A stretch of 46,575 nt of DNA from Octopus sinensis (GCF_006345805.1 NW_021834690.1:1-46575); one strand, 5' to 3'. Shown: positions 12,801 to 23,823, counted from the first letter of the stretch. Made by a program: numbers and translations. Notes: a model not told the origin generated them from the sequence alone.

Positions 12801-13202
12801 AGCGACGAAACCGTTCTGCACGCACTCGTGTAGTGTCTAGATATTTCAGAGCTGTGGTCCTTCGTCGAACAGCTGTTGTCACGTGTAGGTCGGGCTCGCC
12901 TATCGGCCGAGTCTATCGTGAATATTGTTCCACCACCTTCCTTTAAACGGGAAGGGAAAACGGTTTTTGTTACGCTGATGGCTATGGCAAAAGAATGTGT
13001 GTGGTGGACGCGTTTGAAAGGACTGCAAACAAACACCTTCCTCTCTGGTCAGTCTCTCGTCAACTTTTTCAAGTACCACTTGAAAAGGAGGATGAGAATA
13101 GAGAGGAAGGCTTCGTCGACCGAATGTTTTAATAAAAAGTGGGTAAAAGTGGCAAAAATGGTCAGTATGAAAGACGACACTATTTTAAGCATAAATCTGT
13201 AA
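9812..13202 (+). pseudogene. ORF2: APE endonuclease, RT and CCHC, inactivated
   Basis: APE motifs CVNARGL, AISETRL, AVYAP, VGDWN, SYLDRI, YTDH. RT motifs DKSPGLDG, SKAFDRV, QGCPLS. YADD is deleted at about 11826; several frameshifts and stops. Confidence 0.9.
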
Positions 13203-13321
13203 CCAAAAAGACAACGAGAAGTAAGGCGACTTACTCATGTGTTCTTTTTCGAATGTCTGAGGTGACCTTGGTCTTTTTTGTAGGTTTTTCTTTCCAAGGC
13301 TACACCTGAACTGTGAACCTT

Positions 13322-13370
<49 letters not shown>

Positions 13371-13509
13371 TTATATAGAGGGCATTATACATACATGCCA
13401 GAAGGCATTATACATACATGCACACGCTAAGAGGGACAATTAGTCATTTCTACCAAAAATATTACTAATCCCACCGAATGCATTTTTCAAGTAAGACATT
13501 TAAAAATAT

Positions 13510-13557
13510 AGACCTGTATCACAGTGATTTCATACTTACGTATTCATCAGCAGGCCT
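13510..13557 (-). ncRNA. Type I hammerhead ribozyme (inverted copy)
   Basis: Reverse complement is identical to the two plus-strand copies: AGGCCUG CUGAUGA AUAC-GUAA-GUAU GAAA UCA-CUG-UGA UA CAGGUCU. Confidence 0.88.
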
Positions 13558-14214
13558 GATGCATTAAATAAACGACCCTGCCCCGCTTAAGCCGATCAGC
13601 TAACTGATCAATCAACGAAGCACATGGGTGAGTTTACATATATTACATCCGGATAAATGGCAAACTTTTACACGAATTCCATTTCGGGAGAGAAAAGTTT
13701 TTTCGGAATAAAATTTAGCAATTAAGGACAACTACTTAATAAGGAAAACTTAACAAGAATTGTCAGGTAGATAGCGTGAAAACCTCATACAGGTCTATAT
13801 TTTTTAAATGTCTTACTTTGAAAAATTGCATTCGGTGGATTAGTAATATTTTTGTAGAAATGACTAATTGTCCCTCTTAGCGTGTGGCATGTATGTATAA
13901 TGCCTTCTGGCATGTATGTATAATGCTCTATAATATATAATATGTTCAATAAGAATAATTATTTTCGAAATTTTTTCTCTTATGAGGTTTTCACGCTATC
14001 TACCTGACAATTTCTTGTTAAGTTTTCCTTATTAGTAGTTGTCCTTAATTGCTAAATTTTTATTCCGAAAAAACTTTTCTCTCCCGAAATGGATTCGTAA
14101 AAGTTTGCCATTTATCCGGATGTAAATATGTAAACTCACCCATGTGCTTCGTTGATGTTGATCAGTTAGCTGATCGGCTTAAGCGGGGCAGGGTCGTTTA
14201 TTTATAATGCATTC

Positions 14215-14262
14215 AGGCCTGCTGATGAATACGTAAGTATGAAATCACTGTGATACAGGTCT
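14215..14262 (+). ncRNA. Type I hammerhead ribozyme, predicted cleavage after AUA (14255/14256)
   Basis: Stem I AGGCCUG/CAGGUCU (7 bp, one G-U); core CUGAUGA at 14222-14228; stem II AUAC/GUAU with GUAA loop; GAAA at 14241-14244; stem III AUCA/UGAU with CUG loop. Confidence 0.9.
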
Positions 14263-14678
14263 ATATTTTTTAAATGTCTTACTTTGAAAAATTGCATTCG
14301 GTGGGATTAGTAATATTTTGGTAGAAATGACTAATTGTCCCTCTTAGCGTGTGGCATGTATGTATTGCCTTCTGGCATGTATGTATAATGCCCTCATATA
14401 TAATAATATGTTCAATAAGATATTATTTTCGAAATTTTCTCTTATGAGGTTTTCACACGCTACTACCTGACAATTTCTTGTTAAGTTTTCCTTATTAGTA
14501 GTTGTCCTTTTGCTAAATTTTTATTCCGAAAAAACTTTTCTCTCCCGAAATGGAATTCGAAAAGTTTGCCATTTATCCGGATGTAATATATGTAAACTCA
14601 CCCATGTGCTTCGTTGATGTTATCAGTTAGTAGCTGCTCGGCTTAAGCGGGGCAGGGTCGTTTATTTATAATGCATTC

Positions 14679-14726
14679 AGGCCTGCTGATGAATACGTAA
14701 GTATGAAATCACTGTGATACAGGTCT
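14679..14726 (+). ncRNA. Type I hammerhead ribozyme, predicted cleavage after 14719
   Basis: Identical 48-nt sequence to 14215-14262. Confidence 0.9.
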
Positions 14727-14988
14727 ATATTTTTTAAATGTCTTACTTTGAAAAATTGCATTCGGTGGGATTAGTAATATTTTTGTAGAATGACTATTGT
14801 CCCTCTTAAGCTGTGGCATGTATGTATATAATGCCTTCTGGCATGTATGTATAATGCCCTCTATATATAAATTAATAGGTTCAATAAGAATAATTATTTT
14901 CGAAATTTTTTCTCTTATGAGGTTTTCACGCTATCTACCTGACAATTTCTTGTTAAGTTTTCCTTATTAATTAGTTGTCCTTAATTGC

Positions 14989-15033
<45 letters not shown>

Positions 15034-15399
15034 TTTTTTTATACACCACACAACCCACAGATCCCTATTGATCAAACGTTTTTTTTTTGTGCCCCCCCAT
15101 CCACCTCGAAAAGAAAAAATTCTACATTGTATTTCGTCCATTTTTATTCTGTGTTTAGCCCTGTGTGGCTACAATAAAAAGTTATCTATCTATCTATCTA
15201 GCTATCTGACAGTCTATACATACATACATACATACATACATACATACATACATACAGACGGGGCTACGTGGTAAGAAGCTTGCCTCACTACCACATGATT
15301 TTGGGTTCAGTAAGCTAGATTGCTCTAACTGGGACCTCCTGGACTTGATATTGTACGTGCTTACCTCTAAGGATAGCGTGACTCGGTGGCAGAATTATG

Positions 15400-16110
15400 T
15401 TCTTCCATTTCACTCGCCTTATGAGGTCGATAATCTTTTCGAGCAGCATTTCTATGTAGAGCTTGTTTAATTGGTATGAACTGACATACTTTTGGCAGGT
15501 TAAGGACGGACCTGATTATCACCCTTAGCCCCATAGAACTCAAGATAACAATCAAGACCTACCTTACCACTGTAAAAAAGGGTATCTTTTTTTCTTCACA
15601 AATGTAAATAAACCCAATCTATTTCTTAAACGAGGGACATATTCATACGGCATAGAATGCTTTTTAACTCAATAGACGTCATTGATTGGTTGAAATTGCA
15701 GAAATTGAAGAAAAAAACAACAACTAATATCTTACAATCTATAAAGTTTTCTCAATAAAGCCAAGAGAAAAAGATGTTTTATAAACACATTCTACCAGTA
15801 TACGAAGTTTAAAATTTTTTAGTTACCTAGAAATTATTAAAAAAAACTGCCGTTCAAACCGAAAAGATCCGATAACAATCAAGACCTACCTTACCACTGT
15901 AAACCTTTCAGATGTTACATTAGACTAGGGCTCTTCAGACAGGCCCTACCGCAAACCAAACGAGAAGCCGTCATGTATCAACCCAACCTCCTATGAATGT
16001 GTGAAGTTTTTGTCTACCAGTCTTGTGACTACTTGGAGTTTTTTCAAACTTACACCAGATGACTTTAAGAAAAATGTAGTTCGGATGTAGTTTTGCATCC
16101 TGACGATAAA
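15400..16110 (+). pseudogene. Decayed Penelope-like reverse transcriptase fragment
   Basis: After removing 15577-15903 it reads ELKITIKTYLTTVNLSDVTLD*GSSDRPYRKPNEKPSCINPTS, resembling the PLE RT stretch LKITI..N...VNFLDVTLDL....PYRKPN..P.YIN..S. Confidence 0.55.
15577..15870 (+). mobile_element. One-ended partial copy of the MITE family at 16131-16551
   Basis: Matches about 16267-16551 including the right TIR. Flanked by a 33-bp direct repeat at 15544-15576 and 15871-15903. Confidence 0.8.
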
Positions 16111-16130
16111 AATCGCATTCTTTTTTCTAG

Positions 16131-16551
16131 GGATCTTTTCGGTTTGAACGGCAGTTTTTTCTAGCGGTGTCATATGAAATTGTTACCCATAATTATGACC
16201 CTAGAATCGATCTATTGCATTTCAATCTCTTTTAGAGTTAAGGCTAGTTAGGGTTAGGGGTGGGGGAAGGGTATCTTTTTTTCTTCACAAATGTAAATAA
16301 ACCCAATCTGTTTCTTAAACGAGGGACATATTCATACGACACAGAATGTTTTTACCTCAATAGACGTCATTGATTGGTTGAAATTGCAGAAATTGAAGAA
16401 AAAACAACAAATATCTTACAAACTATAGAATTTTCTCAATAAAGCCAAGAGAAAAAGATGTTTTATAAACACATTCTACCAGTATACGAAGTTTAAAATT
16501 TTTTAGTTACCTAGAAATTGTTAAAAACTGCCGTTCAAACCGAAAAGATCC
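16131..16551. mobile_element. MITE with ~29-bp TIRs and 8-bp TSD
   Basis: GGATCTTTTCGGTTTGAACGGCAGTTTTT and AAAAACTGCCGTTCAAACCGAAAAGATCC. TSD TTTTCTAG at 16123-16130 and 16552-16559. Confidence 0.9.
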
Positions 16552-17295
16552 TTTTCTAGAAATAAATAATAAAAAATTACAAATATTTAAAGTTATAATA
16601 TAATAAGAAGAGCGAAGTACTGTGCTATAGCGCAGTTTATTTCGTTGTAGACGAAGTTTGTTGATGGACAAACAATAGGTTACTCCCTGTTTCTTTTAAC
16701 CAATTCTTTCTCCACCACCAAGCTTTGTCTACAGTTTTCTAAGAAACACGAAAGTACATTTAATATCGGTCCGTGGTGTCCAGTAGTGCTTCGAGGAACC
16801 TGAGTTCGATAAACGATTGCATTCGTGGAGACAAACTTGAATTTAGAAGTTATTAATTACACTCAACAAGTGGCAATCACTTTGGCCTGCCTCAAGTGAG
16901 GAAACAAACGGAGCTGTGGCACAATGTTTCGCCCTTTTCGTGTATTTAAAACTTCATGATGTATTTTAAAGTCTAGAAACCACGTAAATGTTTCGAGTGT
17001 GCTGATCTGAAAGGCAATAGCGATCACCAGAAAGAATATGTCATTCACTTGGCTAAGATTACATAATTCTAAATGCCTGTGACTTCTTTATAATTAATTT
17101 CTAGAGAAATGAATACGATTTTCCTCACTAGCATGCAAAACTACATCAAAAGAAATTTTTTTTGGAAACAATCAGGTAAAAATTAGAAAAGGTAGTCCTA
17201 TTTTCCAATTTTTTCTTTCGTTGTTTGCGTATTTAACTCATTTGTTTTCGTACTTCATGTTGTTTACACAGTCAGTGACGTCCTGTACCCAAATA

Positions 17296-17327
<32 letters not shown>

Positions 17328-17329
17328 CG

Positions 17330-17482
17330 CATTCAAAATGTGACCGCGTGTGTACCGTTGGCGATTTTCTTTCTCTGTCTTCCCTTCCTTGGATCTTTCA
17401 TTTTCCTGTGTTTCTGGCGAAGAGCTCCGCTCGAAACGTGTCCTTGCGTTGTTGTGTTTTCTCTTTGTGTTTTCATGTTTGG

Positions 17483-17490
<8 letters not shown>
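17330..17490 (+). mobile_element. Short pLTR-like unit with degenerate minimal hammerhead, in (TA)n
   Basis: GTTT CTGGCGA A GAGC-TCC-GCTC GAAAC GTG; homologous to 18090-18300 and 34955-35130. Confidence 0.55.
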
Positions 17491-17531
<41 letters not shown>

Positions 17532-17532
17532 G

Positions 17533-17920
17533 CGCAGGAGTGGCTGTGTGGTAAGTAGCTTGCTAAACAACCACATTGTTCCGGGTTCAGTCCCACTGCG
17601 TGGCATCTTGGGCAAGTGTCTTCTGCTATAGCCCCGGGCCGACCAATGCCTTGTGAGTGGATTTGGAAACTGAAAGAAGCCCATTGTATATATGTATATA
17701 TATATGTATGTGTGTATATGTTTGTGTGTCTGTGTTTGTCCCCCTAGCATTGCTTGACAACCGATGCTGGTGTTTACGTCCCCGTTACTTAGCGGTTCGG
17801 CAAAAGAGACCGATAGAATAAGTACTGGGTTTACAAAGAATAAGTCCCGGGGTCGATTTGCTCGGCTAAAGGCGGTGCTCCAGCATGGCCGCAGTCAAAT
17901 GACTGAAACAACTAAAAGAG
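17533..17920 (+). mobile_element. tRNA-derived SINE, family 1
   Basis: A-box-like TGGCTGTGTGGTAAG, B-box-like GGTTCAGTCCC, internal (TA)/(TG) tract, tail GCATGGCCGCAGTCAAATGACTGAAAC; many copies in this window. Confidence 0.85.
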
Positions 17921-18089
17921 TATATATTATCGTTAAAAGCACGAAATAGGTAGTTGTGAAACAATCGACAACTATTGAGGAGTTATCTTCTTTTGGCATT
18001 TTTTCCTGTACTTATCTCTCGTGTCTTTACGTATTTTTCGCTCGTTGGTGATGCCCTGTACTTAATGTGTGTGTGTGTATATATATATA

Positions 18090-18300
18090 GTTAATCCAAA
18101 CATGAAAACACAAAGAGAAAACACAACAACGCGAGGACGTGGAACAAATATAGTATTATTGGACGCTCAGGAAAGAAGGAAAGAAGGAGGGTTTAACGTT
18201 TCGAGCGGACTGCTTCGTCGGAAACATAGGAGAAGGAAAGATCCAGAGAAGGGAAGACAGAGGAAAAAAATCGCCAACGGTACACACGAGGTCACATTAT
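18090..18300 (-). mobile_element. Short pLTR-like unit with minimal hammerhead variant (18191-18225)
   Basis: Reverse complement GTTT CCGACGA A GCAG-TCC-GCTC GAAAC GTT AAAC; stem II is disrupted. Confidence 0.6.
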
Positions 18301-18624
18301 ATATATAATTACATATGTACATCTATATGGTGTGTGTTTGTATTTGTCGTACACTACCGCTTGACAACCGTTGTTGACTTGTTTATGCCCCTGTAACTTA
18401 GCTGTTCAGGAAAAGAGACTGACAGATTAGATACTATGCTTTTAAAAATACTGGGTTCGATTTCTTCTACTAAAGTTTTCAAAGCGGTGCCTCAGCATGG
18501 CCGCAGTTGAATGACTGAAACAATTAAACAATAAATGATTTGGGACACTGTGAGAGTTGAGTTGGGGTGGCGCGCAACAGTTACACTTACAGCATTGTAT
18601 TCTACATATACTAATCTGCATTAC

Positions 18625-18991
18625 ACCACCACTACCACCACCGCCACTACCACCACCACCACTACCACTACCGCCACTACCACAACCACCACCACCATCA
18701 CCACCACCACTACAAGCACCACCACTACAAGCACCACCGCCACCACCACCACCACCACCGCCACCACCATCACCACCACCACAACCACCGCCATCATCAC
18801 CACCATCACAACTACCACTACTACAAACACCATCACCACCACCATCACCACCACCATCACCACCACCACCACCACCACCACCAGCATCACCACCACCAGC
18901 AGCACCACCACCACCACATCCACCACCACCACCATCACCACCATCACCACCACAACTACCACCACCACCACCACCACCACCACCACCACTA
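18625..18991 (+). repeat. Imperfect (ACC)n trinucleotide tract
   Basis: Source of the poly-Thr, poly-Pro and poly-Val ORFs in the track. Confidence 0.95.
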
Positions 18992-19387
18992 CTTTAGCCT
19001 CCACAATATATAAAGGTTGTCACAACATAATCTTCTAAAACACTACATCAACATCAGGCGTACTCCGTCTTTGTCTTCCAGAGTCTCAGGTCACATGATC
19101 AACATTTGGGATTCGGAAAAAGAGAGAGAGAAAGAAAGAAAGAAAGACAGAAAGAAAGGACAGAAAGAAAGAAAGAAGGAAGGAGGAGGCGGAGCTGTAA
19201 AAGATAGCGGAAGGTTGACCGACTTCAGGTTAATGTTACAAGAAAGAGGCGAACGGCACCAATTCCTTCTCATGAACCATTCTGCTTCTGCTGGCGACGA
19301 ACAGACATTGGGTGGGAGGCAAGCAAAAGAAGACAACAGCTAAATCTTTAAATAACGGCTGACACGAACAAAGACGCGATAAACAGT

Positions 19388-19710
19388 TATACATACATAC
19401 ATACATACATACATACATACATACATACATACATACATACATACATACATACATAGACGCATACATACATACATACATAGATACATACATAGATAGATAC
19501 ATACATACATAGACACATACATACATAAATACATACATACAAACATACATACATACATATATACATACATACATATATACATATATACATACACGCACAT
19601 ACATACCTACATACATGTATGTATGTATGTATGTATGTATGTATGTATGTATGTATGTATGTATGTGTGTATGTATGTATATATGTATATATGCATGTAT
19701 ATATGTATGT
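19388..19710. repeat. (ATAC)n then (GTAT)n inverted microsatellite pair
   Basis: The tract switches orientation near 19615. Confidence 0.9.
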
Positions 19711-19714
19711 CTAC

Positions 19715-20195
19715 AGGCGTGTCTTGCTTCCCAACTACATGATTCCGGGTTCAGTCCCACAGTGTGGCACCTAAAGCAAGTGTCGTCAACTATAGCTTCT
19801 GGCCGACCAAAACTTTGTGAGTGGACTTGGTAGACGGAAACTGAAAGAAGCCCATCGTATGTGTGTGCATACACACACACAACACACACACACACACACA
19901 TACACACACACACACACATTATATATATATATATACACACACACATATGTATGTATATATGTATGTATGTGTGTATGTATGTATCATGTATGTATGTGTC
20001 TGTGTTTGTCCCTCACCACCGCTTGACAACCGATGTTGGTTTGTTTACGTCTTCGTAAAGTAACGGTTCGACAAAATGCGTCCGATGAAATAAGTGACAA
20101 GCTTTTTAAAAAATGAGTACTGGGGTCGATTAGTTCGTCTAAAATTCTTCAGGACAGATACCCCAGCATGGCCACAATCTAATAAAAAGATAAAA
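19715..20195 (+). mobile_element. SINE family 1 copy
   Basis: Same head, body and tail motifs as 17533-17920. Confidence 0.8.
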
Positions 20196-20202
20196 GAATC
20201 TT

Positions 20203-20668
<466 letters not shown>

Positions 20669-20764
20669 TACATAGTTTCCCATCTCTTAAAATATAGAAC
20701 TATAAAAGAATGTTATTTGAATGAACACAACTTTGATACTCCATCGTCATATTTATTTTATTCT

Positions 20765-20978
20765 TTTGTTTGTTTCAGTCATTTGACTGTGGCCATACTG
20801 GAGCACCACTTTCAGTCGAACAAATCGATCCCGGACTCTTTGTAAGAATAATACTTATTCTATCAGTCTGTTTTGCCGAACCGCTAGGTTACAGGAACAT
20901 AAACACATAAACATCAGTTGGCAAGTGAAGGGAGTGGTGGTGATGGGGGGGGGGACAAACACACACACAAACATGCAC

Positions 20979-21009
<31 letters not shown>

Positions 21010-21172
21010 CGACGGGCTTCTTCCAGTTTCCGTCTACCAAATCCACTCACAAGGATTTTGTCGGCGCGAGGATATAGTAGGAGACACCTGCCCAGGATGT
21101 CACGCAGTGGGACTGAACCCGGAACCATGTGGCTGGTAAACAAGCTACTTACCACACAGCCACTCCTGCGCC
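20765..21172 (-). mobile_element. SINE family 1 copy
   Basis: Reverse complement of family 1 motifs. Confidence 0.85.
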
Positions 21173-21224
21173 TGTGTCTCAAAAGCATAGAAATTTATTC
21201 AAATTTCAAAACTGATAAACAGAT

Positions 21225-21635
21225 ACTCTTTTACTTGTTTCAGTCATTTGACTGCGGCCATGCTGGAGCACTGCCTTTAGTTGAGCAAATCGATCCCAGG
21301 ACTTATTCTTTGTAAGCCTTGTACTTATTCTATCGGTCTCTTTTGCCGAACCGCTAAGTTATGGGGACTAAACACACCAGCATCGGTTGTCAAGCGATGT
21401 TGGGGGGGGGGGCAAACACAGACACAGATACACACACACCCACACACACATATATATATATTACATATATATATATTTACATATATACGACGGGGTTCTT
21501 TCAGTTTCCGTCTGTCAAATCCACGCACAAGACTTTGGTCCGTCCGATGCTATAGTAGAAGACACTTGTAGTGGGACTGAACCTGAAACCATGTGGTTGG
21601 TAAGCAAACTACTTACCACACAGCTACTCCTGCGC

Positions 21636-21636
<1 letters not shown>
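21225..21636 (-). mobile_element. SINE family 1 copy
   Basis: Reverse complement of family 1 motifs. Confidence 0.85.
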
Positions 21637-21684
<48 letters not shown>

Positions 21685-21712
21685 ATATATATTATATATA
21701 TATATATTATAT

Positions 21713-21810
<98 letters not shown>

Positions 21811-21821
21811 ATATATATATA

Positions 21822-21865
<44 letters not shown>

Positions 21866-21867
21866 AC

Positions 21868-23482
21868 GGGAAGCTTTATGAAAATAGACAAAAGACGAAG
21901 GCAGGTGGGAACAAACAAGCAATTGTATTAGTATGGCGCTCAGGAAATATAAATAAAACGTCTTTAACCTTTCGAGCCTACGCTCTTCAACAGAAAGATA
22001 CACAGAGAGAAAAAAACACAGAAAGAAGGAGAGAAAAAATGCGTGCAGTAACTAACGAATCAACATGGCGATCTGATTTCGGCCCGAGGTCAAAGATCAA
22101 ACATGAGACGCGAGAGCAAAATAAGGGGAGATAATAGGGTTGATAATAGGGTTGAATGACCAGCTATTAGTGCGTAGGAGGGGTCGGACGTGTGTATGTA
22201 TAGGGTTGGTGTATGTATTAGTATGTATTAGTATGTATAAAGGGTGTGGTGTGTGTGTGTATGAGAGAGTATTAGTGCGTATGATAGGTCTGGACGTGCG
22301 TATGTATGGGGTTGGTGTATGTATTAGTATGTATTAGTACGTATTAGTATGTATAAGTGTGTGTGTGTGTGTATGAGAGAGTATAAGTGCGTATGAGAGG
22401 TCTGGACGTGTGTATGTATAGGGTTGGTGTATGTATTAGTATGTATTAGTACGTATTAGTATGTATTAGTTGGTGTATGTATTAGTATGGCACATCATAT
22501 ATGATGTGATGTATAAAGTCGTGTGGTGTAGTGTGGAGAGAGGAGAAGAGGGGAGGAGAGGGGGAGAAGGAAGTGGGAGGAGGAGGGGGAGAAGGGGGAA
22601 AGAGAGAAGGGGAGAGAGAAGGGGAGTGAGGGAGCAGAGGGAAGGGGAAGAAGGAAGGAGGAGAAAGAGGAAGAAGGGAAGGGGAGTGGGGGTGAAAGGA
22701 TGAAGGACTGAAGAAGTAGGGGTCGGATAGGTGAGGAGGGGGGAGAGGGGGGTTAGATGAGGAGGGGGGGAGAGTTGAGACCAAATGGCGTATAAGAGCG
22801 AAGAGAGAAGATTAATTCCTGTTCACGGCGCAAACGGGAATCCGGATGGCCTCTGTGTGAGGACAAACCGAACACAGATAGGTGTTGCAAGGAGTGACCG
22901 GTGGAGCGGAAATGGCGTGAGACCGGTGTGTCGTTCGCAAGGTGGATGTCACGAAGTGTTCCGCGAACCGGTCAGCCAAGCGGCGTCCCGTTTGTCCGAT
23001 GTACAAGGAATGGCAGAGAGAGCAAGAGACGCAATAGATAATATTGCTGGAGGTGCAGGTGAAGGAGTGGATGATGGGATAGGGTCGATGGTGGGTGCTA
23101 GTGAGGAGGGTGGTGTTGGAGAGGTAAGGGCAAGTGCGGCAACGTGGGCGGGAGCAGGGGAACGAGCCGGGTTGGGAGGTAGGGTCAGGAAGGAGCTATG
23201 GACCAAAAGGTCTCGAAGGTTGTGGGCTCGTTTGAAAGAGGGGAGGGTCGGTTAGGGAAGAGTGTGAAGTGGACGGGTCGGACTGGAGATGACGGAAAGC
23301 TCGAAGAATGGTGCGTTGGAGACGTAGGGTCGTGGGTGGTAAATGAGGGAAAAGGGAGGCGGGAGACTACAGGGCGGGTTCGGGGAGAGAGAGCAGATAC
23401 ACGGTCCACGGACCGTGCTCTGGCAAGGGCGGTGGGATAGTGGTGAGGGGGTATCCACGTAGGGTGAAGTGGTGAGCCATAC
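21868..23482 (-). mobile_element. 5'-truncated Penelope-like element (RT thumb/linker, GIY-YIG endonuclease, 3' pLTR-like region) in (TA)n
   Basis: Across frameshifts: HFTLRGYP...FKRAHNLRDLLVHS..GSFPCSRPRCRTCPY..SNIIYCVSCSLCHSLYIGQTGRRLADRFAEH..EQELIFSLRSYTPFGLN (23480 to 22772). (TA)n at 21637-21866 and 23483-23522. Confidence 0.88.
21961..21998 (-). ncRNA. Degenerate minimal type I hammerhead in the PLE 3' region
   Basis: UCUUU CUGUUGA A GAGC-GUAG-GCUC GAAA G GUU AAAGA: stems I and II pair, with two core substitutions. Confidence 0.6.
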
Positions 23483-23526
<44 letters not shown>

Positions 23527-23823
23527 TTATTTATTTATTTTAGAATAGAGCTATTTTAGAATAGAGCTAAAAGAAGAATAAAACTACAGAAAACTCTACA
23601 AAAAATGTTTCTTTTTCGTGTTAATTCAAAGAACATTAAACAAAATTACAAAACAGATAAAATAAATTTAAAAAAAAACGGATTGGGAAACGAACGAATT
23701 TATCTGACAGTATACTCGCGTATTTGAAAGGAATGTCTGATACGCACACACTTATATGGACAGGAAAGAAAATTTATGTCTTTGCGTCAGCGAGAGAGTA
23801 TGGTAGGGTGGGTGGGCAGGGAG

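Larger units (their letters stand above)
13366..14992. mobile_element. Retrozyme-like array: ~465-bp unit, one inverted partial copy (13366-13789) plus about 2.6 direct copies (13790-14992)
   Basis: CAGGTCTATAT recurs at 13790, 14256 and 14720 (periods 466 and 464). No ORF of 60 aa or more. One hammerhead per complete unit; (TA)n on both flanks. Confidence 0.85.
7707..15207 (+). mobile_element. Near-full-length decayed Tx1/L1-clade LINE (copy D), 3' UTR interrupted by the ribozyme array
   Basis: ORF1 at 7898-9736 and ORF2 at 9812-13202. The 3' UTR resumes at about 15031 (GATCCCTATTGATC...GCCCTGTGTGGCTACAATAAA) and ends in (TATC)n. Confidence 0.9.

Noticed and set aside
13366-13800. Inversion as a pure long-read fold-back artefact
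   Set aside because: The junction is not a mirror palindrome: it jumps between different unit positions and lands on the cleavage site, and a similar layout recurs at 33.6 kb. Not fully excluded without reads.
13886-13927. Resemblance of GCATGTATGTATAATGCC to the loxP core
   Set aside because: The 13-bp ATAACTTCGTATA arms are absent; low-complexity coincidence.
16249-16260. Telomeric TTAGGG repeats
   Set aside because: Only two units, internal to a MITE.
16600-17290. Possible host exon or promoter (TGACGTC and TGTTTAC motifs near 17255-17285)
   Set aside because: No recognisable protein or consistent splice pattern, and short motifs are expected by chance.
18535-19038. Poly-Thr (mucin-like), poly-Pro and poly-Val ORFs
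   Set aside because: These are translations of an (ACC)n microsatellite. The same applies to the many YI/CV/HT-repeat ORFs across the window.
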